DNA of 61,972 bases, counting the filler. It is 6 parts of 6 records of this genome, joined end to end, with 100 filler letters (N's around TTAATTAATTAA, not from the genome) between each part and the next. Parts side by side here need not be neighbours in the genome. Positions count along the whole stretch, not along the records: positions 1 to 6,281 come from SRR20825010_2589; positions 6,382 to 26,215 come from SRR20825010_2595; 4 more parts are not named here. The stretch is one strand, 5' to 3'. Positions 1 to 9,820 of the stretch are shown one piece after another. The position numbers and the translations under genes are program-made. Positions within the stretch are counted from its first letter, which is position 1. The number at the start of each line of letters is the position of its first letter. Under the pieces are notes generated by a model that saw only the letters and a program-made list of their open reading frames with translations, had not been told where the DNA came from and searched no databases.

Positions 1-679
1 ATACGGAACCGTCGGCAAGTTTCAAGACTTCGTCCCGCGACAGGGGTCGGCGCTCTGTGACCAGGTCCACGAACCAGTCGTAACTGTCGAGAATCATCGC
101 GCGGATCATGGCGCGCGCCTCGTCGCTTGTCGGTTTGAAAGGTGATGGCTCTGCCTTCAGAGGCGATGACTTGATCTCTTCCAGCTTTACACCCAGCTTG
201 TCCATCAGACCGCTCACATCCGGGTATTGGAAGAGGACGCCGATGGAACCCACGATGGAGGATTGCCGCGCGACGATATGATCGGTGGCGCTGGCGATCA
301 TATAACCGGCTGAAGCTGCCAGCGTACCCACCTGCGCCGCCACGGGCTTCTCGCTGGCCAGCCGCCGAACCTCCTCGTAGATCGCCTCGCCCCCGGCCGT
401 GGTGCCGCCAGGTGAGTCGATAGTCAGGATTACGCCTTTCACTGATGGGGCTTCGCGGATGCGCTGGAGCCTCTCCAGCAGTTCGTCATCTTCGAAGATC
501 GTTCCGGAAATCTTGACCTGCGCGATATGGTTCGCAGAAACATCCACCGCGCTTCCCATGATCTGACGCGTTGCGAACGCGATCGCCAGCACGATGACGG
601 CAAAGGCCACAACCCGCCAGAATGTAAGCTTGCGCCGCAGTCGCCGCCGGTCGATCAGTTCATCCGCTCGAGTGGACAT
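1..679 (-). CDS. sppA: Signal peptide peptidase SppA (S49), 3' end truncated by window edge
   Basis: Manual translation from ATG at 679: MSTRADELIDRRRLRRKLTFWR, then TM segment, IDSPGG, AASAGYMIAS, SIVGSIGV (S49 motifs); absent from ORF track because no stop is in the window. Confidence 0.9.
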   Translation of the reverse strand, partial: MSTRADELIDRRRLRRKLTFWRVVAFAVIVLAIAFATRQIMGSAVDVSANHIAQVKISGTIFEDDELLERLQRIREAPSVKGVILTIDSPGGTTAGGEAIYEEVRRLASEKPVAAQVGTLAASAGYMIASATDHIVARQSSIVGSIGVLFQYPDVSGLMDKLGVKLEEIKSSPLKAEPSPFKPTSDEARAMIRAMILDSYDWFVDLVTERRPLSRDEVLKLADGSV

Positions 680-1042
680 GACATCCTCGCTTTCACCCGG
701 TTTCGGTCCAAACCAAGCGCCTTTTAGTGCAAAGGCCAATCTGGAGCCACCGCCTTTGTACAAGATTTTGCGTCGAGTACACGTCATGGGCGAGAAAGGC
801 GCAAAAATTGCGCCTAAATCATTGTCGTTAATCCAAAAATAGCCATATTGGGATTGAATGGAGTATGAAGGGGCGAGTTTGGAACTCGGGGTTTTGTGGC
901 TGCGCTGTTTCGGTCGGAAGCCGGGTTGGGTTGTATCGCCTCATGGATCGTGCGTTCCTCATCGGATCGTCATCGGTAGTATCCGGGAGGGCTCAGACCT
1001 AATCGGCTGATTGGTCTGCTGTAGCGCACACGGAAAAATAGA

Positions 1043-1747
1043 ATGAGTGAATCAGTCAACAGCAGCGCCAAAGCGGCGAAGAGCGGGCGCGGGCAGGCAA
1101 TCCGTAGCAGCGAGCGCGGTGCGGAAGCCTTCGAGCAGGCATCACGGCATTCGCAGCGTGTGCGACTTCTCAAACGCGTTCTTCCGGCAGCGGCTCTTGT
1201 GATCACCGTTGTGTTCGTCGGATATTCCTACGTCTTTTCCGGGACGCGCGGTGCGATAGATCTGGCAAGCGCATCGATCGAGGGCGGATCACTGGTCATG
1301 TCCAGCCCCGAATTGAACGGCTTCACCAATGACGACCGCCCCTACAAGATGACAGCCGAGCGCGCACGCCAGAAGCTGGGCGGTGAGGATGTCATCGAGC
1401 TGGAGGGCATTCGCGCCCATGTGCCGGTTGATGCCGACAATTTCGCCACCATCCAGGCGAGTGACGGCATCTATGATCGGAGCAATAATCGTCTGGACAT
1501 CACCAGCAAGATTTCGCTACGCACCACTTCAGGTATTGTTGCCACGCTGGACTCTGCGGAAATCGATATCGAAAACAGCAGCCTCGCCTCTTCGAAGCCG
1601 GTGGAAATCGAGCTTGAAGGAACGAAGATTGCAGCCGATTCCTTCGCAGCGGAAGACGGTGGCAAAGTGTTTGTATTCGATAAACGCGTTCGCGTTACAA
1701 TCGACCCGTCGCGGCTTCGCGAAACAGCGGCAGCAGCGGGAAATTGA
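1043..1747 (+). CDS. lptC: LPS export periplasmic protein LptC
   Basis: Single N-terminal TM, beta-rich C-terminus, directly upstream of lptA-lptB. Confidence 0.85.
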   Translation: MSESVNSSAKAAKSGRGQAIRSSERGAEAFEQASRHSQRVRLLKRVLPAAALVITVVFVGYSYVFSGTRGAIDLASASIEGGSLVMSSPELNGFTNDDRPYKMTAERARQKLGGEDVIELEGIRAHVPVDADNFATIQASDGIYDRSNNRLDITSKISLRTTSGIVATLDSAEIDIENSSLASSKPVEIELEGTKIAADSFAAEDGGKVFVFDKRVRVTIDPSRLRETAAAAGN

Positions 1748-1791
1748 ACCACGGTCACCGGCGCGATGACCAGGCAATGGAGAGGAACACA

Positions 1792-2349
1792 ATGCGCATC
1801 GGAAGCTTTTCCAGGCTCGCCTCTGGCGTGCTTCTTCTGGCGGGAGTGTCCTCTGCCGCTCTTGCGCAGGATTCCCAGAGTCGCCTGACCGGCCTCCAGC
1901 TTTCCGGTGACAAACCCATTCAGATCGAGAGTGAGCGCCTTGAAGTGCGCGAGAGCGAGAATGTTGCGGTGTTCTCCGGAAACGTGTCCGTCGTGCAGGG
2001 GCCGACCCTGCTCAAGGCGGGGCGCATGAAGGTGTATTACCTGAAAGATGGCGGCTCTGCTGCAACCGGAAGCGCGAATATCGACCGACTTGAGGTGGAC
2101 GGCAATGTCTACGTGAAGTCGGAGAAGCAGGTCGCCACCGGCGACAGCGCCACTTTCGACATGGCGACCGAGGTGCTCGTGCTCTCGGGCAAGGAGGTTG
2201 TGCTTTCGGAGGGCGAGAACGTCATCGTCGGTTGCCGCCTCACAGTGCAGATGAAGAGCGGTCAGGCAAAGCTTGATGGCTGCAAGGGCGGTGGTTCTGG
2301 CGGCCGTGTGAAAATGCTGCTCACCCCTGGCTCCCAGAACAGGCAGTAA
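1792..2349 (+). CDS. lptA: LptA/OstA family LPS transport protein
   Basis: Signal peptide, PIQIESERLEV...AVFSGNVSVVQG, GRVKMLL; SD GGAGAGG precedes ATG 1792. Confidence 0.9.
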   Translation: MRIGSFSRLASGVLLLAGVSSAALAQDSQSRLTGLQLSGDKPIQIESERLEVRESENVAVFSGNVSVVQGPTLLKAGRMKVYYLKDGGSAATGSANIDRLEVDGNVYVKSEKQVATGDSATFDMATEVLVLSGKEVVLSEGENVIVGCRLTVQMKSGQAKLDGCKGGGSGGRVKMLLTPGSQNRQ

Positions 2350-2355
2350 CCCACA

Positions 2356-3159
2356 TTGATTTCCAAGTTGCGTAAGAAGCGGCCGGCAAAAGAGCCCGCG
2401 GCGGAGAATCCGGCCAGGGGCAAGCTGCCCAACTACAAGGGCACGCTCATCGCTCGTGGCCTGACCAAGGCGTACAAGGGCCGCCAGGTCGTCAGCGGAG
2501 TTTCCATCGGCGTGCGCGCCGGCGAGGCCGTAGGCCTGCTCGGCCCCAATGGCGCAGGCAAGACCACGTGCTTCTATATGGTTACGGGCCTTGTTCCAGT
2601 GGACCAGGGCACAATCCATATCGACGGGCACGACGTTACGGGAATGCCCATGTATCGCCGCGCGCGGCTGGGCATCGGCTACCTGCCTCAGGAAGCCTCG
2701 ATCTTTCGCGGCCTGACGGTGGAACAGAATATCCGCGCGATCCTGGAAGTTGTCGAACCCAGCCGCAAGGAACGCGACAAGAACCTCGACGCGCTGCTTG
2801 ATGAGTTCAACATCAGCCATCTTCGCAAGTCGCCATCGGTCGCGCTTTCCGGCGGCGAGCGGCGGAGGCTGGAAATCGCCCGCGCGCTCGCCAGCCGTCC
2901 CAACTTCATGCTGCTCGACGAGCCGTTCGCCGGCATCGACCCCATCGCCGTGACCGACATCCAACAGCTCGTGCGCCATCTCACCGCGCGCGGCATCGGC
3001 GTCCTGATCACCGATCACAATGTGCGCGAGACGCTCGGACTGATCGACCGGGCCTATATTATTCATGCCGGCCAGGTGCTTACCCACGGACGTCCCAACG
3101 ACATTGTCGGCAATGCCGATGTACGCCGTCTTTACCTCGGCGAAGGCTTCACCCTTTAA
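2356..3159 (+). CDS. lptB: LPS export ABC transporter ATP-binding protein
   Basis: [39 protein letters not shown]-terminal YLGEGF. Confidence 0.95.
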   Translation: MISKLRKKRPAKEPAAENPARGKLPNYKGTLIARGLTKAYKGRQVVSGVSIGVRAGEAVGLLGPNGAGKTTCFYMVTGLVPVDQGTIHIDGHDVTGMPMYRRARLGIGYLPQEASIFRGLTVEQNIRAILEVVEPSRKERDKNLDALLDEFNISHLRKSPSVALSGGERRRLEIARALASRPNFMLLDEPFAGIDPIAVTDIQQLVRHLTARGIGVLITDHNVRETLGLIDRAYIIHAGQVLTHGRPNDIVGNADVRRLYLGEGFTL

Positions 3160-3177
3160 CCATTCCCCTCTTTCAAC

Positions 3178-3199
3178 TTGACAAGCAAAAGTCGGGCCA
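3178..3199. promoter_or_regulatory. rpoN promoter -35 (TTGACA) abutting an inversely oriented sigma54 -24/-12 site
   Basis: TTGACA at 3178-3183; minus strand of 3184-3199 reads TGGCCCGACTTTTGCT (GG-N10-GC). Confidence 0.7.
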
Positions 3200-3255
3200 A
3201 TTGAATCCGGCTTTCTCCCGGCTCTCCCAGCCGGGCTCAATCGGGGCTGGTTTTT

Positions 3256-4749
3256 ATGGTGCTTGCGCCAAAACTCCATCTGCGTCAGACGCAATCGCTC
3301 GTTATGACGCCGCAACTGCTGCAGTCGATCAAGCTGCTGCAGATGACACATCTGGAGCTTGAACGCTTCCTCGATTCCGAGATCGAGCGGAATCCGTTGC
3401 TGGAGCGCGGCGAAGCCAATTCGGAAGAACGCACCGAAACCTCGCAGAACGAGCCGGAACTGCGCGAAAACACAGCCGAATCCATTTCGGACAAGCTGGA
3501 CTCCTCACTGGAAAACCTGTTTCCGGATGATCCAGGTACAAAGGAGCGCATCGGCTCCGATCTCTCAGCGCAATGGAAATCGGCGAGTGGCAACGGGCTC
3601 CAAAGCAGCAGCGGCACCGCTTTCGACCTGGAGAGCACAACAGCCGCCGCCCCAACCCTGCGCGACCACGTAAATGGCCAGATCGCGCTGGCCTTCACTG
3701 ACCCCGCGCAATTGCTCATCGCCCATGAACTCGCCGATGGCCTGGATGAGGCAGGCTATCTCGCCCTTGACATCGAAGAACTCACCCAGCGTATCGGCGC
3801 CGCAGCTGAAACCGTCCAGGCAACGCTTTCTACCTGCCAGACATTCGACCCGCCGGGCCTCTTCGCGCGTGATCTGGCGGAGTGTCTCGCACTGCAATTG
3901 ATCGCTCAGGATCGATACGATCCCGCCATGAAGGCGATGGTGGACAATCTCGAGCTTCTGGCAAAGCGCGATTTTCGCACACTCGGGCGCCTGTGCGGCG
4001 TGGATGCAGAGGATCTGGCGGACATGCTTTCGGAAATCCGGGCGCTTGACCCCAAGCCCGGCATGGCGTTCTCGGGCGGCACCGCAGACCCGGTCGTGCC
4101 TGACATCGTCGTCAGGGCGGCAAGCGATGGAAGCTGGACGGTAGAGCTCAATCCTGAAACCCTGCCACGGGTTCTCGTCAACGAACCATACTACGCGAAG
4201 GTTTCCCGTCACGCCCGCGAAGGCGAACGCCAGTTTCTCAACGAATGCCTGCAGAGCGCCAACTGGCTCGCCCGCAGCCTCGACCAGCGGGCAAAGACCA
4301 TCATGAAAGTCGCCTCCGAGATTGTACGCCAACAGGATGCCTTTCTGATCCACGGTGTCAGCCATCTGCGCCCACTCAACCTGCGCACCGTCGCGGAAGC
4401 GATCGGGATGCATGAATCGACCGTAAGCCGCGTGACCGTAAACAAGTACATGATGACCCCCCGCGGCACATTCGAGTTGAGATATTTCTTCACATCGGCA
4501 CTCGGCTCCGCATCCGGCGGTGACGCGCACTCGTCGGAATCGGTCCGCGATCGCATTCGCTCGCTTATTGATGCCGAGGCGCCCTCCGCAGTGCTTTCTG
4601 ACGACGCCCTTGTGGATATGCTGCGCGAAGAAGGCATCGACATTGCCCGCCGTACCGTTGCCAAGTACCGGGAAGCGCTCAATATTCCGTCGTCGGTGCA
4701 GCGCCGCCGCGAGAAGAAGATGCTGGCGGCTGCAGGCACGCGCGCCTGA
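3256..4749 (+). CDS. rpoN: RNA polymerase sigma-54 factor
   Basis: MTPQLLQSIKLLQ, HESTVSRV, RpoN box ARRTVAKYRE. Confidence 0.97.
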   Translation: MVLAPKLHLRQTQSLVMTPQLLQSIKLLQMTHLELERFLDSEIERNPLLERGEANSEERTETSQNEPELRENTAESISDKLDSSLENLFPDDPGTKERIGSDLSAQWKSASGNGLQSSSGTAFDLESTTAAAPTLRDHVNGQIALAFTDPAQLLIAHELADGLDEAGYLALDIEELTQRIGAAAETVQATLSTCQTFDPPGLFARDLAECLALQLIAQDRYDPAMKAMVDNLELLAKRDFRTLGRLCGVDAEDLADMLSEIRALDPKPGMAFSGGTADPVVPDIVVRAASDGSWTVELNPETLPRVLVNEPYYAKVSRHAREGERQFLNECLQSANWLARSLDQRAKTIMKVASEIVRQQDAFLIHGVSHLRPLNLRTVAEAIGMHESTVSRVTVNKYMMTPRGTFELRYFFTSALGSASGGDAHSSESVRDRIRSLIDAEAPSAVLSDDALVDMLREEGIDIARRTVAKYREALNIPSSVQRRREKKMLAAAGTRA

Positions 4750-4766
4750 TTGCGCCTGCGGTTGAA

Positions 4767-4795
4767 TTGACAAGGGCGACGGAAGCCACTAGAAG
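4767..4795 (+). promoter_or_regulatory. Sigma70-like promoter of hpf-ptsN
   Basis: TTGACA-17nt-TAGAAG. Confidence 0.5.
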
Positions 4796-4972
4796 CCCGC
4801 CCGCATGGACTACCAGGCCTTGAGAGCCTTCGACTTTTGTCCGCAGTGCCAGCAACCGAAGAAGGGATACGCGGCCGACTTACATCACAATCCGCCGCGG
4901 CACCTTGTACATGCAAGCCACACGTATAAACTCGATTCGTTCGGTGTCTGATCAGGAAAGGTCTGTTTTCAG

Positions 4973-5548
4973 ATGAGCTTACGTATTTCCGGAAAGCATA
5001 TGGACATCGGCGAGGCGTTTCGCTCGCGTATCGAGGAGCGGATCGGCGAAGCCGTCGACAAGTATTTCGATGGTGGGTTTGCCGGTCGCGTAACGGTTGA
5101 AAAGTCGGGTTCTCGTTTTGCCGCCGATTGTATGATCCATCTCGACACAGGCATGGTGTTGCAGGGCACTGGCCAGGCGCAGGAGCCGCAATCCGCTTTC
5201 GATGCTGCCGCCGAGCGTATCGAAAAGCGTTTGCGCCGCTACAAGCGCCGGCTGAAGTCCCACAACAACGGCCAGACTGTCGATCCGATGGACATTGCGT
5301 ATCGCGTCATGGCGCCGGTGGCCGAAGATGAAGAAGAGGTCCCGGAAGATTACGCGCCCACCGTGGTCGCCGAATCGAAGATGGCTCTGCAGACCATGTC
5401 TGTCGCCTCCGCCGTCATCGAGCTCGACACCAAGGACAATCCTGTCTTCGTGTTCCGCAATGCCGGAAACAACGAAGTGAACATTGTCTACCGCCGCGCC
5501 GATGGAAACATCGGCTGGATCGACCCATCGGCAGTGGCAAGCGCATAG
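4973..5548 (+). CDS. hpf: Ribosome hibernation promoting factor (long HPF/RaiA)
   Basis: RISGKHMDIG, KRLRRYKRRLK, VYRRADGNIGWID; downstream of rpoN. Confidence 0.93.
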   Translation: MSLRISGKHMDIGEAFRSRIEERIGEAVDKYFDGGFAGRVTVEKSGSRFAADCMIHLDTGMVLQGTGQAQEPQSAFDAAAERIEKRLRRYKRRLKSHNNGQTVDPMDIAYRVMAPVAEDEEEVPEDYAPTVVAESKMALQTMSVASAVIELDTKDNPVFVFRNAGNNEVNIVYRRADGNIGWIDPSAVASA

Positions 5549-5618
5549 GTTCCGTGCCAGCCTCAGCGCCGGTCATGCAGCATGACCGGCGAACAGACAA
5601 AGCAGAGGATGCATAGAC

Positions 5619-6083
5619 ATGGATCTGAGCGATCTGATCGACCAGAAGGCCGTGATCCCCGCCCTGAAGGCCAATTCGAAGAAGCAGCTCCTGCAGCTTC
5701 TGGCCGAAAAGGCCGCCGCAGTGACCGGCCTGCCGGAACGCGAAGTTTTCGATACCATTTTGCAAAGAGAGCGCCTGGGTTCCACCGGCGTTGGCAATGG
5801 CGTCGCCATTCCGCACGGCAAACTGCCCGGCATCGACCGCATCACCGGCGTGTTCGCGCGCCTGGAGACCCCTGTCGACTTCGAGGCCATCGACGACCAG
5901 CCCGTCGACCTCGTTTTCCTTCTTCTTGCGCCCGAAGGAGCCGGAGCCGATCATCTCAAGGCGCTATCGCGTATCGCGCGCGTTCTGCGCGATGCCGACA
6001 ATACGGCCAAGATACGCGGCACCAAGGACGCGGCTGCCATTCACAGCTTCCTGTCGCAGACGCCCGCCTCCAACGCCGCCTGA
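5619..6083 (+). CDS. ptsN: PTS IIA-like nitrogen regulatory protein
   Basis: RERLGSTGVGNGVAIPHG, HLKALSRIAR. Confidence 0.95.
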   Translation: MDLSDLIDQKAVIPALKANSKKQLLQLLAEKAAAVTGLPEREVFDTILQRERLGSTGVGNGVAIPHGKLPGIDRITGVFARLETPVDFEAIDDQPVDLVFLLLAPEGAGADHLKALSRIARVLRDADNTAKIRGTKDAAAIHSFLSQTPASNAA

Positions 6084-6136
6084 ACACTCAGCGCTTTTGG
6101 CGGCGGGACCATTGGTTCTCCTCGTAGACGGCTTTC

Positions 6137-6280
6137 TCACATGGAGAGGGCCGTTTCCTTTTCGACGACCGGAAGCTGGTGAAACGGATTGGCCGGATCG
6201 TTGCCGCGGCGGATGTGCATGCGCCGTTCGGCCAGATCCATCGCGATCGTGCAGACCGTGCCCTTGCGGCCAAGGAACCC
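6137..6280 (-). CDS. C-terminal fragment, probable peptidase C45 (Ntn hydrolase) family
   Basis: Manual translation GTVCTIAMDLAERRMHIRRGNDP...stop resembles C45 C-termini; 5' part cut by linker. Confidence 0.45.
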   Translation of the reverse strand, partial: GFLGRKGTVCTIAMDLAERRMHIRRGNDPANPFHQLPVVEKETALSM

Positions 6281-6281
6281 T

Positions 6282-6381
6282 NNNNNNNNNNNNNNNNNNN
6301 NNNNNNNNNNNNNNNNNNNNNNNNNTTAATTAATTAANNNNNNNNNNNNNNNNNNNNNNNNNNNNNNNNNNNNNNNNNNNN
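6282..6381. other. Artificial contig linker
   Basis: N-run + TTAATTAATTAA (stops in all six frames) + N-run, 100 nt. Confidence 0.98.
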
Positions 6382-6671
6382 GAGACGCTTTGCTCGGCTT
6401 TCCCAGAGGATGTGTGAAGTGCGGAGAGGGAGACGCTTTGCTTGGCCCGTCCAGAAGGAACGAGAGCTTGGTTGTTGCTTTGCTTGGCTGGTTTGGAGGG
6501 GAGCGGGGGGGCTGCGTGACGACGCTTGGTGATTGAGGTTACAGTGGAAGGAGCCACTGATTCCTCCCAGAAAGCAAAGGTTTGCTGTTCGGGAGCCTGT
6601 TCCAACACGCCGGTGGACGCGGTCAATCGGCGTGGAACGGAGATACTTTTGGTGGAAATGCTGTTTGGCAT
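6382..6671 (-). CDS. N-terminal low-complexity part of a truncated hypothetical protein
   Basis: Open frame from ATG 6671 into the linker; contains QQTFAF and an internal repeat (GAGACGCTTTGCTYGGC at 6382 and 6430). Confidence 0.45.
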
Positions 6672-6709
6672 CGTCTTGCTGCCTGCCTCGTTTGGTCAGT
6701 CCATTGATC

Positions 6710-6731
6710 CTAGCAAACATTTGCTAGCAAA
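6710..6731. promoter_or_regulatory. Palindromic operator candidate between divergent genes
   Basis: CTAGCAAA-CA-TTTGCTAG (6710-6727) overlapping TTTGCTAGCAAA (6720-6731). Confidence 0.5.
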
Positions 6732-6769
6732 TCCCTTTTTTCGCGAGAAATCACCCTCGCCGATTTCAC

Positions 6770-7129
6770 ATGCTCCAGAAAATCCGCTGGTTTTTGTCGT
6801 TGGCGGCCGTCTTGGTCGTCGTCATCGTGGCGTTTCAAAACCAAGACGCGGTGCCGCTAACCATTCTGTTTTTCAGTGGCGAATACCCACTGACGTTGCT
6901 GCTGCTGGGCAGTTCCGGCGTCAGCTTTGTACTCGGGTGTTTGATGACCGCGTGGAGAATCCGCAGTCGCCACAAGGCTCAAATCGCCCGGGAATCCGAG
7001 GCCAAAAAGGGATCCGAAGCCAAAAAAGCGGAAGCTACTGCGAAAGAGACGTCTTCCACGAAGAAGAAAAGTGTCGCGGGCAACGAGTCAGCCGAAGCTT
7101 CCATCGGCTTGGATCAGGAAGCGACCTGA
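6770..7129 (+). CDS. LapA/DUF1049 family membrane protein
   Basis: Two TM helices, AFQNQDAVPL..F motif, charged tail. Confidence 0.75.
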   Translation: MLQKIRWFLSLAAVLVVVIVAFQNQDAVPLTILFFSGEYPLTLLLLGSSGVSFVLGCLMTAWRIRSRHKAQIARESEAKKGSEAKKAEATAKETSSTKKKSVAGNESAEASIGLDQEAT

Positions 7130-7479
7130 ACGTTGTCGTCGGCAGCGTCAAAGTCGCTGGCCTTCTGCTGCGACGCGGCACGGCGACGGGCCACCAAATC
7201 GTGGCGACGCAAAACGGCTTGAGCAAGATCGCCGATTCGCTGGATGGGGCGTTCGGTCGACGCCTGCTGAGCTTTGAGCTGCTCCCGGCCTTCGCGGATC
7301 AATTCGGCGAGAGCCAACAAAGTGTTGTCCGACCCATTGGACTTCGATGCCGCGACGATTGGCATCACGGATGATTGAGTTGCCGGTGCGGTGTGAGTTG
7401 CCGGTGCCGCGGTTGCGGAGACCGATGCGATCACGGGGGAAACCGGTGCGATGGCGTCGAAGAGAGAAAGCTGAGTCAT
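7114..7479 (-). CDS. Hypothetical protein with N-terminal QLSLF motif
   Basis: ATG 7479 preceded by GAAGG; MTQLSLFD, Ala/Thr linker, helical C-terminus. Confidence 0.6.
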   Translation of the reverse strand: MTQLSLFDAIAPVSPVIASVSATAAPATHTAPATQSSVMPIVAASKSNGSDNTLLALAELIREGREQLKAQQASTERPIQRIGDLAQAVLRRHDLVARRRAASQQKASDFDAADDNVQVAS

Positions 7480-7833
7480 TCGAAAAACCTTCGTCAGTGG
7501 GGCGGGAGGCCGGAGTGACGTGTGGGTCACGTCTCACTGAAAAGATTGTTCGCAAGGTCCGTGACACGTTTGGTCACGCGGGAAGAGCGTTCGAATGTGA
7601 CGGTTGTGAGGATCGCACTTCCAGGGGGTGTTCGATCTCCCCGGTCGTTCGTAAAACGTTTGCCTCTAACGACTTGGGGAACTAATGTGACCCATGCTTT
7701 ATTGGCCGCTCTGGCTACCGGTGCATCGCATTTGCACGGTGGACATGGCCGCTGGCATCTCACTTATCCCCAACCCTGCCACCCCAGTTAGTCAGCTCGT
7801 CGACAGTTTTCGCTGCCGTGGACGAGCGATCTG

Positions 7834-8742
7834 GTGCGTGAGCGCTGCACAACTGGCGTTCCTTTGCTCTGGAAACCTGCACCTCTTTCTGCTGTCAAAC
7901 AATCGACACGTTCGGTGGCAATCTCATTGGCTGCCGTGGGGGCGATCGCATTGGCCACGTCATTGGCATGTGTCGCCACCGAAACCACTCAACTGATGTT
8001 GGTTTTGTCATCGATCGGTCGTGACACAATCGTTTGGACGAATTGGGGATTGGCGTTGTTGTTGTTTATGGCAACGACCGCGTATGTGTTTCCGATCTTG
8101 TCGCGAGCCTTTGGTGTGCGGGTCAAGCATTGGTTTCCCCTGCTGACTCGTCGCAAATTGCGGTTGTCGGACCTGGCGACTGAGCGACGTGCGCTTCGCG
8201 GGTGTTTGATTGTCTTGGCTGCATTTCCATTGCAAACGAGTTTGGCTCATTCGGTCATGTTGCGAGCCACTCGCGGGGACTCACCCACGCCACTCGTGCC
8301 GGCTTGGTCGTTCTTGATATTGGCCGTTGTGATGATGATCGTCGGGGCGGTGATTCATTTTCGATTGCCCAAAATTTATTTGAAGTGTCGTTTCGATTCG
8401 CTTCTCAATGGACTTCGGCACTATTCTCGCGGCGTTGCGCTTCGCAGTTTCATCGCTCAGTGGGACAACCCAACTCGAGAAATCTACACGGCATGCCGAG
8501 TCAGCCGCCGAGTCGCATGGGCATATCGCGCCGGCATCCTGATTTCCGCCGCATGCTTCACCGCCGCCGGTTGCTTGGTCGCGCGAGTCGAACTGCCATG
8601 GGCATTGGATGAATTGGGGACCGTGATCGCCATTGCCTGCATTTTCAGTTTGTGGCCGACCGCGGTGCGAATGGTGAACTGGAGCGGTTTGGTTCTCGAT
8701 CCCATTTGTGGCGGTCCAGACGAATTCGATGAGTACGAGTGA
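7834..8742 (+). CDS. Hypothetical multi-pass membrane protein (start uncertain)
   Basis: Several hydrophobic segments; first gene of a co-oriented run. Confidence 0.6.
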   Translation: MRERCTTGVPLLWKPAPLSAVKQSTRSVAISLAAVGAIALATSLACVATETTQLMLVLSSIGRDTIVWTNWGLALLLFMATTAYVFPILSRAFGVRVKHWFPLLTRRKLRLSDLATERRALRGCLIVLAAFPLQTSLAHSVMLRATRGDSPTPLVPAWSFLILAVVMMIVGAVIHFRLPKIYLKCRFDSLLNGLRHYSRGVALRSFIAQWDNPTREIYTACRVSRRVAWAYRAGILISAACFTAAGCLVARVELPWALDELGTVIAIACIFSLWPTAVRMVNWSGLVLDPICGGPDEFDEYE

Positions 8743-8839
8743 CTGATCGCCGGTCGGTCAAAAAGACGCACACGGGTGAAAACCTGCTGATTCGGCTACA
8801 ATCGTCCCCGTCATTGCCAAGAGGCGATCAACTCGACGT

Positions 8840-9304
8840 TTGACGAGACCGGGAGGCAGACGATTGGAATTCCTCGAAATCGAATGGTGCACGCCGCTGT
8901 ACCAGGAGGCATTGGATCTGAGGCATCGGGTGCTGCGCGAACCTTTGGGGCTCCGTCTGACGGCCGAGGAATTGGATGGCGAATACGCGGATTTGCACTT
9001 CGGATTGCGAAATGGATCTGAAAACCTGGTGGCCGTTTTGTCAGCAAAACCTCTGACATCCAGTGCTGTCAAATTGCGTCAAATGGCGGTTGATCCGGAA
9101 AAACAAGGCGAGGGACTCGGCGCGAAATTGCTTGGAGAGGTCGAGTCGGCATTGGAGAAAAAGGGCTACTCGCAATTCCAACTGAACGCTCGAGAAACTG
9201 CGATTGGTTTCTATGAAAAGGCGGGCTACACCGCTGTGGGAGAAACCTTCACTGAAATTTCTCTGCCGCATCGCAAGATGGTGAAGCCGCATGTCGACGT
9301 CTGA
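8840..9304 (+). CDS. GNAT N-acetyltransferase
   Basis: LRQMAV..QGEGLG, NARETAIGFYEKAGY. Confidence 0.88.
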   Translation: MTRPGGRRLEFLEIEWCTPLYQEALDLRHRVLREPLGLRLTAEELDGEYADLHFGLRNGSENLVAVLSAKPLTSSAVKLRQMAVDPEKQGEGLGAKLLGEVESALEKKGYSQFQLNARETAIGFYEKAGYTAVGETFTEISLPHRKMVKPHVDV

Positions 9305-9767
9305 ACCCTCCACCGCCGACATCGTTTCGGGCCTGATGAATCAATGCACCGTCGGTTCGCTGGCAACACAGATGGCGGATTCCGATGCATCGCCACGACC
9401 ATATGTGTCGCTTGTCACGGTGGCTCGAGTCGGTGAAACTTCGATGGCGATGCTGCTAAGCGGTCTGGCAAAACACACTCAGAACCTGGCGAAGTGCCCC
9501 GCCGTGTCGCTCCTACTTTGCGAAGAGACTTCTCCTGATTCCGATCCAATGGCCGCTCCGCGTGCCACATTGATGGGTCAAATTGTTCGCTTGCCGCATG
9601 AAGATGATATGAATGTTCGGGACGCCTTCTTGCAGAAGCACCCGAATTCGCGAATGGTGGCGGGGTTCGGGGATTTCTTCTTTCACGTGATGCACATCGA
9701 AGAATGCCATGTGATCGCAGGGTTTGGGCGAATTGAAACCCTCTCGTCTTCTTGTCTACGGGTTTGA
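9291..9767 (+). CDS. Pyridoxamine 5'-phosphate oxidase-like/HugZ split-barrel protein
   Basis: GSLAT, PYVSLV, LSGLAKHTQNL, FGDF, AGFGR. Confidence 0.82.
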   Translation: MSTSEPSTADIVSGLMNQCTVGSLATQMADSDASPRPYVSLVTVARVGETSMAMLLSGLAKHTQNLAKCPAVSLLLCEETSPDSDPMAAPRATLMGQIVRLPHEDDMNVRDAFLQKHPNSRMVAGFGDFFFHVMHIEECHVIAGFGRIETLSSSCLRV

Positions 9768-9820
9768 CGGACCCACCTCGTTCCTGTCTTTTGCTCATCT
9801 CAGTATTTGGTCAATTGTTC

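Noticed and set aside
1471-4773. Long antisense ORFs (626 aa at 1471-3351, 402 aa at 3565-4773)
   Set aside because: Shadows of lptAB and rpoN in GC-rich DNA; no recognisable motifs.
6088-6273. 61-aa minus-strand ORF from the track
   Set aside because: A different frame (6280-6137) gives a more protein-like C-terminus.
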